Part shown: piece by piece, positions 19,850-28,017 of the stretch | Position numbering within the stretch: the stretch's first letter is position 1 | How the letters are laid out: every line of letters starts with the position of its first letter | Virus record (IMG/VR): IMGVR_UViG_3300005613_000009 | Location: 55,982 to 119,981 of that record | Strand: one strand, 5' to 3' | From: a virus | DNA length: 64,000 nucleotides | Notes under the pieces: generated by a model | Seen by the model: the letters and a program-made list of their open reading frames with translations, nothing else | Told to the model about the DNA's origin: nothing | The model's database searches: none | Position numbers and translations under genes: made by a program

Positions 19850-20255
19850 TAAAATTTCCGGGCTCTGTACCCCTCTAATCGGGAGACGCTGTCCACACAC
19901 CCGGCGATGTGGGAGCCATGCTCGAACCGGTTACCCTACATCCGGAAGGTATTCCATTCCCATACAGGTTATTCGAGCTTTCCCTGTATAGTCCCGTGGA
20001 AGGATGTACTGGCAGGTCCACGGATTTTCGATGGGTGATTTCTCGGTAACGGGGCCGCCATCGACCGGATATCCTCCCGTCTTGCTACCAGTTGCGATTT
20101 TTCACGCAACTCCCGACTTTTCTTTCGACGCCGGGCATCCCCGATTAATCGCTGGGTTGCGCATGAACAGGTACTGCGGGGCCTTTCCCTGTTCCCCTTG
20201 ATCTCCAGCTGCCACTGGAGAGATCTTTGAGAGACGATCTTTTCATCGCCCCTCA
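19803..20255 (-). ncRNA. candidate large structured ncRNA (~430 nt) with its own promoter and terminator
   Basis: At least 6 local hairpins, a 13-bp long-range helix and a 7-bp pseudoknot; GC-richer than the flanks; no credible ORF. Confidence 0.6.
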
Positions 20256-20299
20256 AATCTTATATACTATTTATTTCACAAAAAAACAAATAAAAAAAT

Positions 20300-20339
20300 A
20301 AAAAAAGCCCGGTGAACGTGTGCCGGGTTCACCGGGCCT
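20300..20339 (-). terminator. terminator, near-identical to the copy at 20577-20616
   Basis: GCCCGGTGAA/TTCACCGGGC stem plus U tract, abutting a repeat promoter. Confidence 0.85.
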
Positions 20340-20345
20340 AGTTAA

Positions 20346-20519
20346 CTAAAATGGAATTTTATCTTCGAACATTGATGTTTCGACAACTGCATTGTCAAGA
20401 AACTGAACAATGCAATTATCTAAATTCAATCCGACAAGCTCCAGTTCTTCAAGCTCGTCGGCATAGAATATATCCGCATTTCCTATTGAGTCGATGACTA
20501 TAATCTGTTTATCAACCAT
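20346..20519 (-). CDS. 57-aa acidic protein ending ...EDKIPF; paralog of 21238..21438
   Basis: Read manually; GAGGGGG RBS; IVIDSIGNADIFY vs MIVDSVGSADVFY. Confidence 0.75.
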   Translation of the reverse strand: MVDKQIIVIDSIGNADIFYADELEELELVGLNLDNCIVQFLDNAVVETSMFEDKIPF

Positions 20520-20576
20520 TTCATCCCCCTCATGTTGAAAGTTAATGTTTTGATTTCGCTAATAAACAAATAAAGA

Positions 20577-20616
20577 AAAAAAAGCCCGGTGAACGTGTGC
20601 CGTATTCACCGGGCCT
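20577..20616 (-). terminator. terminator, near-identical to the copy at 20300-20339
   Basis: GCCCGGTGAA/TTCACCGGGC stem plus U tract. Confidence 0.85.
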
Positions 20617-20901
20617 GGGGGGAAGATTGATAGATAAAACTCATAAGATACATTTTCCTGATTCGATATGCAGGAAGAGAAATTCTTGCAAATGGCCAAT
20701 GAAAATCATGACTTTTCATTTTCTCGGCCTTTTCCCTCGAAAAACGCATCTTGTGGGCTTTACCCCTCCGGATGCAATTCCATCACCCCCTCTCTTAGTT
20801 TAAGGTTATTAAATTATTTTGTTTAATTTCACTAAAAAACAAATAAAAAAATAAAAGCCTGGTTTACGCTGCCGGGTTTCCCCTGGCGAAAATGCAACCT
20901 A

Positions 20902-21204
20902 TTATCGTTTCATATCTTCACAAGTGAAGACATAAGTTTCAAACAAAGCCCTGTCGTTGAGGGTTTCAAGCCACTGCCTTATTTGTGGCAGTCTTGGCTT
21001 TATAAATTTGATACGATCTTCTTGCCTAAGATAAAATTCCTCGTCAGCATAACGGATTAAGGCAACAAGTTCTTCTGCGGCATGAGAAAGGGTAGGAGCT
21101 CCCTCATTCTCACTTGTTAGACCATGATAATAGAGACCAATCGTGTCTAACAAAAACCCTTTTTCAAGTATTTCAATCAATAAGTTTATCACCAGTTTTC
21201 TCAT
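20902..21204 (-). CDS. hypothetical cassette protein
   Basis: AAGGGGGTG RBS; 100 aa. Confidence 0.7.
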   Translation of the reverse strand: MRKLVINLLIEILEKGFLLDTIGLYYHGLTSENEGAPTLSHAAEELVALIRYADEEFYLRQEDRIKFIKPRLPQIRQWLETLNDRALFETYVFTCEDMKR

Positions 21205-21237
21205 GTTTCACCCCCTTATATATTAAACGTAACCGGC

Positions 21238-21438
21238 TTAGAACGGAATGATATCTTGATGAAACGGGCTATTGGATCCTATTTCATACTCAGAAGAAAT
21301 ACGTTGGAACTCTTCTTCGTCATAGACATCTATGACGTCATCGTTAAACATGTCGAAAAGTTCCAGATCCTTCAACTCTTCCTCGTAAAAGACATCAGCG
21401 CTCCCAACCGAATCCACGATCATCAACCTATCTTCCAT
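21238..21438 (-). CDS. 66-aa acidic protein ending ...QDIIPF
   Basis: GGGGG RBS; paralog of 20346..20519. Confidence 0.75.
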   Translation of the reverse strand: MEDRLMIVDSVGSADVFYEEELKDLELFDMFNDDVIDVYDEEEFQRISSEYEIGSNSPFHQDIIPF

Positions 21439-21565
21439 GATACCCCCCTGGTTTAAATGTTAATATTTTAAATTCACTTTAGAACAAATTAAAAACAAAA
21501 AAAAACCCGGTGAGCATGTCTGCTACCGGGTTAATTCAGTGATCATGATAAAACACCTTTTCTTC

Positions 21566-21787
21566 TTACTTTTTGGCATTGGCCTTCGCAAGCCTTAGCT
21601 TAACGGCGTCCGGTGTAGGAAGTTGTTCCTTGATCAAGGTCCTCAACTCCATGTCCGTCTCTTGGAGGACGTTTTTGAACTCTTCACCTTCCTCAAGCTG
21701 GCCAGTGACGCCATAACTAACGGACCATGAATTGAAATTCTGGCCCAATTTTTTCGAAACCAATACTGAAATTGTGTCTGTTTTCAT
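21566..21787 (-). CDS. hypothetical protein
   Basis: GGAGG RBS. Confidence 0.7.
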   Translation of the reverse strand: MKTDTISVLVSKKLGQNFNSWSVSYGVTGQLEEGEEFKNVLQETDMELRTLIKEQLPTPDAVKLRLAKANAKK

Positions 21788-21877
21788 CTAAATACCTCCA
21801 AAAATCATGAGAAAAACGGCAATCGCCGCCGATGTTAATATTATAAAATCCTGGCATTCCATAAAAAACTTTTCCAT
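21788..21877 (-). CDS. 29-aa hydrophobic peptide (MEKFFMECQDFIILTSAAIAVFLMIFGGI)
   Basis: GGAGG RBS; stop abuts the next start. Confidence 0.55.
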   Translation of the reverse strand: MEKFFMECQDFIILTSAAIAVFLMIFGGI

Positions 21878-21936
21878 AGCAATACCTCCATTAAAAAAAA
21901 GGCAAGCACCAAACCGGCACTTGCCTTAATTCCCGG

Positions 21937-22374
21937 CTAAAAAGGGATGTCGTCGTCCGCGATTTCGGGAACTGGTGGTAACTCATTCTCCTGCGGCTTA
22001 TTCCCGCCATTGCCGTTCCCGTTCACGCTGGTGTTTCCGTTTTTGGGCGTCAGGAACTTGATCGAATCGGCCTCAATGTTTGTAGAATAACGATCGTTTC
22101 CGTTGTTATCCTTCCAAACCTGATTCCGCATGCGCCCCTGCAGGCTGATCATGTCGCCTTTGCCGCAGAATTTCCCGACGATTTCGCCCAGCTTCCTCCA
22201 AGCGACTCCGTTTACCCACGTGGTGATTTCCTTCGGGCTGCCGTCGTCATTGAACCCAAACCTTTCGTTGACGGCAATCCTGAAATTTGCCACGCTGTCC
22301 CCGGTTTTTGTAAACCTTACTACCGGGTCCCCACCAAGCCTACCTATAAATGTACAACTGTTCTCGCAACTCAT
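21937..22374 (-). CDS. ssb: single-stranded DNA-binding protein
   Basis: GRLGGDP, VANFRIAVN, G.LR...W motifs and a DDDIPF tail. Confidence 0.95.
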   Translation of the reverse strand: MSCENSCTFIGRLGGDPVVRFTKTGDSVANFRIAVNERFGFNDDGSPKEITTWVNGVAWRKLGEIVGKFCGKGDMISLQGRMRNQVWKDNNGNDRYSTNIEADSIKFLTPKNGNTSVNGNGNGGNKPQENELPPVPEIADDDIPF

Positions 22375-22458
22375 GGTGAATCCTCCTGTTTTAAGATTAT
22401 TAAGATTAACTATTTGTAATTCAACCTAAAACAAATAAAAAAAGAGAAAAAAATACTT

Positions 22459-22971
22459 TTACGGAGTTTCCATATGAACCGTGAGTATGTTTTGGTGCTG
22501 TTCGAGTACCCCTTGGACCAAGATGGTTTTCCCGGTGGGCATTTTGTTGACGATGACATGGATTGTACCGTTAATTAGTTCAATATGATCTGAATTATGT
22601 TTAATAGTTTTGGGCGTAAACATGAACCGGACTTTTCGACCGACGAATACGCTAGGGTTGTTGGCGAATGCACGGGACTTAAGTGCTTTAATGTAGTAGT
22701 CTGATGCAATTTGATATGATCGATAACTAAGAAATGATAAAGGATTTATCCATCCAAGAGAATAATTGACCCACTTAGATGAAATATTAATTCCTGACAT
22801 AATATCTGCACCATCAAGTACTAATTCCCAATTTCCGGCTGAAATTGCTTGCCAGGTTCCAAACTGTGCGGTTTGAAAACTTTCTTCTTGTATAAATAAA
22901 CAAAAACCGATTAATCCAAAAGCTGTAATATAGATGAATATAATTCTTAAGGTTATCTTAATCCTATCCAT
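22459..22971 (-). CDS. membrane protein, hypothetical
   Basis: N-terminal hydrophobic segment; 170 aa. Confidence 0.6.
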   Translation of the reverse strand: MDRIKITLRIIFIYITAFGLIGFCLFIQEESFQTAQFGTWQAISAGNWELVLDGADIMSGINISSKWVNYSLGWINPLSFLSYRSYQIASDYYIKALKSRAFANNPSVFVGRKVRFMFTPKTIKHNSDHIELINGTIHVIVNKMPTGKTILVQGVLEQHQNILTVHMETP

Positions 22972-23033
22972 GTTTTTTCTCTTTTTTAGCTTTAAATCTT
23001 GACTTTAACCCGTTGATATAGTAGAATATTCGT

Positions 23034-23999
23034 ATGGAACAAACAAAAAAACAAAAAGTAGAAAAGCCTGGTCTTCATCAAAGAATTATTCTAAATAAAT
23101 TTAAACAATGTCATAGATGTGGTCGGTATAAAATCAAAACTGCTTTTCATAAAAATAAAGCAGCTCCAGACGGACTGTATTTCCGATGTAAACAATGTCA
23201 TGCTAAAAATGCTAAAACAAAGGAAATTAAGTTTGAACCACAACCATATTTAAGAAACTTCAAAAAATGTGTTCGATGTAAAAACTTTTTTACTACCAAA
23301 TCTTTTTATGCAAATAAAAAGAACATAGATGGATTAGATTCGTATTGTAAAAATTGCAAAGATTCTATGGTTGAAAAATATGCGAAATCTGATAAAGGTA
23401 AAGAAGTACATCGTAAATCTGCAGCTAAATTACAAAAAACATCGAAACGCATAAACTGGAGGATAGAATATAGAAAACAGCCTTATGTGAAAGAAAAAGA
23501 AAAAGAAGAAAGTAGAAAAAGACGGAAAACTCAAAAGTATAAAGATTGGGTTGCAAAACGAAAGCAAGATCCCAAAGTTAAATTAGCTATTAGAGTCTGC
23601 CAACAAAATAGACGGATAAATAATCCAAATATTAGACTAAATGACGGCATAAGTGGTGGAATTTATAGATCTATAAAACTTAAAAAAAATAATTGTCATT
23701 GGGAAACATTAGTAGATTTTACATTTGATCAATTAAAAAAACATCTTCAAAAACAATTTAAACCCGGTATGACATGGGATAATTATGGCAAATGGCACAT
23801 AGACCATATTCGACCAAAAGCATCTTTTAATTTTAAAACCCCTGAAAACCCAGATTTTAAAAAATGTTGGTGTCTGAAAAATTTGCAACCATTATGGGCC
23901 TCTGAAAACTGCAGTAAGCGTGATCAGATCAATACACCAGTTCAAATGAGTTTATTATTAACCTTAAAAAAAAGGGGCAAGGTATTGTCCGATGTCTAA
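23034..23999 (+). CDS. free-standing HNH homing endonuclease with repeated CxxC zinc modules
   Basis: WHIDHIRP...NLQPLWASEN..K; three CxxC...CxxC modules; own promoter TTGACT-N17-TAGAAT at ~22998-23026. Confidence 0.85.
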   Translation: MEQTKKQKVEKPGLHQRIILNKFKQCHRCGRYKIKTAFHKNKAAPDGLYFRCKQCHAKNAKTKEIKFEPQPYLRNFKKCVRCKNFFTTKSFYANKKNIDGLDSYCKNCKDSMVEKYAKSDKGKEVHRKSAAKLQKTSKRINWRIEYRKQPYVKEKEKEESRKRRKTQKYKDWVAKRKQDPKVKLAIRVCQQNRRINNPNIRLNDGISGGIYRSIKLKKNNCHWETLVDFTFDQLKKHLQKQFKPGMTWDNYGKWHIDHIRPKASFNFKTPENPDFKKCWCLKNLQPLWASENCSKRDQINTPVQMSLLLTLKKRGKVLSDV

Positions 24000-24050
24000 T
24001 CTTGGAGTTATACCCTTGCCCCTTGGTTTATTCATTCACAGTGATTTTAT

Positions 24051-24371
24051 TTACTTCAGGAAAGCGCGTACAGTGTAGCTCGTGTTGCCCTTGTATTCCC
24101 TGCTGGCCACGACGGCCTTGACTTTGTCACCTGCCTTGAGGGCTTTTGCTTTCTGTGCAAGTGAACCAAAACACATAACTGGTACACCTACGGTATACTC
24201 GACACCCTGGAGTTTCCGGGTTTCGTTGACAATCAGACGAACATACTGGTTGCCATTCTTGTCGATGGCGACCGTTGCGCTATCGATCTTGTCATTGAGA
24301 ATTTTGTCTACGGCAAATGCCGGGACTGTCAGAAAACAAACAAGTGCTAATGCTGCTAAAAATCTTTTCAT
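24051..24371 (-). CDS. secreted OB-fold-like protein
   Basis: Signal peptide MKRFLAALALVCFLTVPAFA. Confidence 0.6.
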   Translation of the reverse strand: MKRFLAALALVCFLTVPAFAVDKILNDKIDSATVAIDKNGNQYVRLIVNETRKLQGVEYTVGVPVMCFGSLAQKAKALKAGDKVKAVVASREYKGNTSYTVRAFLK

Positions 24372-24548
24372 ACTAAATCCTCCTCAGAATTTGTCTTAAA
24401 ATGTTAATATTGTGTTGAGATTGAAACTGTTGGTTGGCTGGCCGGGCCGGATCGAGGGTGCTTCCAAGTGCCAAAATCAACTCCTTTCTTATAAATTTTA
24501 TTGATTTCACGAAAAAACAGATAAAAAAAAAGAAAAACGCTTTGTTGG

Positions 24549-25061
24549 TTAGGTGCTCTTGGCACGTATGCGCAAGCGCCCCTGGTATAATTTTTCCAGC
24601 AAATATGCTGTCCAGTGGCGGTCCATAGGATTCATTTGGGATGGTACCCATTCCCCCTGGACTTTTAGGATAAGACCAAGGGATGTTAGTGAATGGAAAC
24701 ACTGGGCAGCCTTGATACACGCTGTATCCGTGCCCTTTGTCATCCATCCACTGATTTCTATTGTCAAAAACCGTCTTTTGTGGTCAAGATCGACGATTTT
24801 TGCCGGATATTTGTCTAAAATCCGGTCAATTTTCCTCTCCAGCTCTATCTCAGCTGGAGTTTGGTCCATATCCTTTAGGTTTCTGAAGAAAGATTCGTAA
24901 TCAAGTTCGGTATCATCGTCCGTAATGACATTGGCCGGTGCAACAATAGATCCGATGAGAGCTAAATCATCAAATCCGTCAGCCCCAGCAATGTACTGTA
25001 CACCGAAGTATAAAAAATTCAGACATCCAAGCAATACTACAACAAACACCATTTTCTTCAT
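24549..25061 (-). CDS. hypothetical protein with an N-terminal membrane anchor
   Basis: AAGGAGG RBS after a repeat promoter. Confidence 0.7.
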   Translation of the reverse strand: MKKMVFVVVLLGCLNFLYFGVQYIAGADGFDDLALIGSIVAPANVITDDDTELDYESFFRNLKDMDQTPAEIELERKIDRILDKYPAKIVDLDHKRRFLTIEISGWMTKGTDTACIKAAQCFHSLTSLGLILKVQGEWVPSQMNPMDRHWTAYLLEKLYQGRLRIRAKST

Positions 25062-25109
25062 GACTAGTCCTCCTTGTGAAAGATTTATATTTTTTCACAA
25101 AAAAACAAA

Positions 25110-25619
25110 TCAAGAAAAAGACCTCTGGATGTCGATGAGATTGGTAAGTAGCTTGGCAAAGTTAGGATTAAAACTGAGATTTGGTGGGATGGAACCGGCA
25201 GATATGAACATTTCGGCCATTTCGTTTGGAGAATAGCCATTAAGACCACGACTAAGACCAAAAGCGATCAAAAAACGCCAATCGATATTACGACGAGCGA
25301 CCTTATATAGCGTCGTAATCGATGAAGTTATTTGTGCTTGAGTAAGGCTACGGCGAGCGCCAGGCCTGACAACAGTTGGTAGGGCATAACCCCATCCATG
25401 CGTCCCATGCTGTAGACCCTCGGCTTGGCCTTTGACATTCCAACGGCCTTTCCAGCCATCGGGCTTTGTGTCATAACGAAATTCTCGCCATCGGTTACCG
25501 GAAACGCCGAATGACGCGAATCCTGCCGCCCCTGCGCCGTGAAATCCTTGGAGGTTTGACCCAAAGACAAAGATTTCATGGGGGTTTAGCTCTTCAACGA
25601 TGTTGTGATGGGTTAGCAT
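25110..25619 (-). CDS. A1S_2505-like (SLOG-related) phage protein
   Basis: EIFVFGSNLQGFHGAGAA and YALPT motifs. Confidence 0.8.
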   Translation of the reverse strand: MLTHHNIVEELNPHEIFVFGSNLQGFHGAGAAGFASFGVSGNRWREFRYDTKPDGWKGRWNVKGQAEGLQHGTHGWGYALPTVVRPGARRSLTQAQITSSITTLYKVARRNIDWRFLIAFGLSRGLNGYSPNEMAEMFISAGSIPPNLSFNPNFAKLLTNLIDIQRSFS

Positions 25620-25708
25620 AATGGTTCCTCCCTGTGAAAGATTAATAATTCTGCCCGATAAACAGATAAAGAGAGAAAAAAGCTGTATTCACACTACCTG
25701 GTTTTCAC

Positions 25709-26188
25709 CTATGAAACAAACGCCTTGACTCTACGAATATGGTCAGGTCTGTTAAGATTGAAAACAGGAACATTATAGTGATCAGCAATGGAGATAGCAG
25801 TACCAGTACCGCCCGTTTTTATTGACCGGGTTTTGTGAGAAATACAACCATCCGGCGTCCAGCATATGAGAAAAGAGGACGGTTTGTTCAAGTTACGTCC
25901 CAACACCTGGAATGCGTTTCGTGCGTGGAGCTTTTTCGCATATGAACTACAACGATTCCATGCCGGGTGAAACTTTTCAGCAATTTCCATGGCTTTCGCA
26001 GTAGCATCTTTAGCCAAGTATATCTCACATCTTTTGTTGGCACCAGATTCAAAAGCACTGTCCGCCCCAACTGCCCCACCACTCCGCAGGACCCAGCCGC
26101 TTTTGCTTAATTTGGAAGACACCCTTTTCATGAGCGCTATGATTTCATTTGGTATCTCCCTAGACCCAACACCTGTGTAATATTTCAT
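25709..26188 (-). CDS. SLOG superfamily (DprA/Smf-like) protein; start revised to MKYYTG
   Basis: YTGVGSRE.P, LRSGGA.GAD.AFE.GA, GGTG.AI..A...PVFNL motifs. Confidence 0.8.
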   Translation of the reverse strand: MKYYTGVGSREIPNEIIALMKRVSSKLSKSGWVLRSGGAVGADSAFESGANKRCEIYLAKDATAKAMEIAEKFHPAWNRCSSYAKKLHARNAFQVLGRNLNKPSSFLICWTPDGCISHKTRSIKTGGTGTAISIADHYNVPVFNLNRPDHIRRVKAFVS

Positions 26189-26325
26189 GGTGTATCCCTC
26201 CTTTCTTTTACAAAAAAAACAGATGAAGAAAGAGAAGGCGTGGTGCTTTGCTCCTTTTCGCACGGCCCCTGGGAAAAATGACCGGCTGTTGACATCGTAA
26301 CGGGATCTATCTTTGAAATTTACAC

Positions 26326-27225
26326 TTAGTTGTCGAATTCTCCTATGAGTTTTCCGTCTTTTCCGAATACTTTGACCCTATTTTCTAATGTAGCAACTAT
26401 AATTCCTAATCGTATCAAATCAAAGGCAGGATGATCATACTTAAAACCAAAGAAGTTTTTAATAGTATAATATTTAAACATATCGATATGAAATTGAATT
26501 TGACGCCAAACTCTTTCAACATATTCTGTAGGTCTTTTTGGGACATCGCCCCAGAAGTAAATAGGAAGTTGGTTATTAATTTCGTGCCAAAACCGGTCGT
26601 TGATTTTAGACCAAATTTGATCGCTGATTCTAACCCAACCTCCAGGCCAATTTTCAACAAAATTCTGATGGTTGTCATATTGATCCCTGGTCCAGTTGTA
26701 AACCTTTTCTGTAACTTGGTTTTCAACTCGAAGAGTAGCCATATGCCAGTTATATCCATCTACCCATTCCCTAATTTTCAATAAGATGTTTTCTATTTCT
26801 TCCTTTGGCGGCATGGTATCCGCTTGGATAGGATCTATAATTTCGTAAGCTTCTAACCGTTGTCTTACGGTTTTCAATACCGGGACAAGATCTTCAGGAT
26901 TTCGGATTTCTTTACAGCGCATCTTGTCCACCCTGAACTTTCCGTCAGATTCAATCGGGACAATAATTCTGGCATCTTCAGGGATTGAAAATTCGACAAT
27001 GATAGTATCTCTAAGATCAGTTTGTTTAAGAATCCAATCTATAGTAGCCAAATTCCAGCCCTCGCCGCATTCATGCGTAGGATCGGTATCTAATGATTCA
27101 ATAGTGAACAGGTTATTCTTTCTAAGGTTGTACTTATACCCTTTGTATGGGGATGTTCTGTCTTTATACAGGTATTTGTACCCTTTCCGTTGTGCTACCA
27201 ACTCTGGCAATGTTTCAAGCTTCAT
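26326..27225 (-). CDS. hypothetical protein; N-domain of the type often fused to pentapeptide repeats
   Basis: KGYK...CG.GW.LAT..W...SDGKFRV pattern. Confidence 0.6.
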   Translation of the reverse strand: MKLETLPELVAQRKGYKYLYKDRTSPYKGYKYNLRKNNLFTIESLDTDPTHECGEGWNLATIDWILKQTDLRDTIIVEFSIPEDARIIVPIESDGKFRVDKMRCKEIRNPEDLVPVLKTVRQRLEAYEIIDPIQADTMPPKEEIENILLKIREWVDGYNWHMATLRVENQVTEKVYNWTRDQYDNHQNFVENWPGGWVRISDQIWSKINDRFWHEINNQLPIYFWGDVPKRPTEYVERVWRQIQFHIDMFKYYTIKNFFGFKYDHPAFDLIRLGIIVATLENRVKVFGKDGKLIGEFDN

Positions 27226-27243
27226 CTTTTGGCCTCCCGTATC

Positions 27244-27390
27244 CTACTTTACCGTTCTTTCTATTCCGCATACTGTACAGCGGTACGTCTTACCATCGTT
27301 TTTCCTTGTTTGGTTGTGTAGGCGTTTTCCGGATCCGTATCGTTCATCCTGAAATTTGTGTTTGCACGAACATTTTGCTATTTTTGTCAT
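27244..27390 (-). CDS. 48-aa zinc-ribbon microprotein
   Basis: Read manually: CSCKH...RCTVCG; GGAG RBS. Confidence 0.65.
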   Translation of the reverse strand: MTKIAKCSCKHKFQDERYGSGKRLHNQTRKNDGKTYRCTVCGIERTVK

Positions 27391-27416
27391 CTTTTACTCC
27401 TTTTTTTATTTTTTGA

Positions 27417-27550
27417 TAACCTACATAAAATGTAGGAATAGAAAAAATTGTAATTCATCAACCTACATAAAATGTAGGTCGGTGAAAATCAACCTACATA
27501 AAATGTAGGTCGGTGAAAATCAACCTACATAAAATGTAGGTCGGTGGAAA
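27417..27550. repeat. four copies of the palindrome CCTACAT-AAA-ATGTAGG, three in a 31-bp tandem unit
   Basis: Seen directly in the sequence. Confidence 0.9.
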
Positions 27551-27589
27551 ATTGTAATTGAATGGCTATTCATTACTGTGATTTCTATT

Positions 27590-27810
27590 TCCCATTTGTT
27601 TCAGTACCAATAATTTCAGTACAAATAATTTCAATAGAGATAGTTTCAGTAAAAATAGTTTCAGTTGAAAGTATCTCAGTAGAAAACATCTCAGTAGAAA
27701 ACATCTCAGTAGAAAACATCTCAGTAGAAAATATTTCAGTAGAAACAATTTCAACAAAAACATTTTCAACAGAAATGATTTCAATAGAAACATTTTCAAC
27801 TAAAAACAAC
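27590..27810. repeat. degenerate 15-bp tandem array (TCAGTAGAAAACATC)n
   Basis: About 14 units, with near-perfect copies at ~27686-27730. Confidence 0.85.
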
Positions 27811-27822
27811 TAATTTTAGTAA

Positions 27823-27990
27823 TCAAGATTTTTTATCAACCTTTTCAACCCAAGCCTTTGGCGTATATTCATTCTTTCTCCATTTAACTTCATACCCAAG
27901 TTTTTCTACTAACGAGGTTTGAATACAAGAGATATTTCTTACCCACTCTTCTAACTCTTTGACTGTGGCTTCTAAATCTTTCTTTTTCAT
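27823..27990 (-). CDS. 55-aa hypothetical protein
   Basis: Read manually; GGAG RBS. Confidence 0.55.
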   Translation of the reverse strand: MKKKDLEATVKELEEWVRNISCIQTSLVEKLGYEVKWRKNEYTPKAWVEKVDKKS

Positions 27991-28017
27991 ATAATCTCCA
28001 TTAAAAACAATTAACTT

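Noticed and set aside
19803-20255. RNase P RNA or cobalamin riboswitch identity for the structured RNA
   Set aside because: Only fragments resemble them (GAAAAGTCGGG, ACAGAGCCCGG, GACCTGCC); the full conserved motifs and their spacing are absent, and no downstream gene lies before the terminator
27417-27550. CRISPR mini-array
   Set aside because: The units are contiguous and identical with no unique spacers; no cas genes are present
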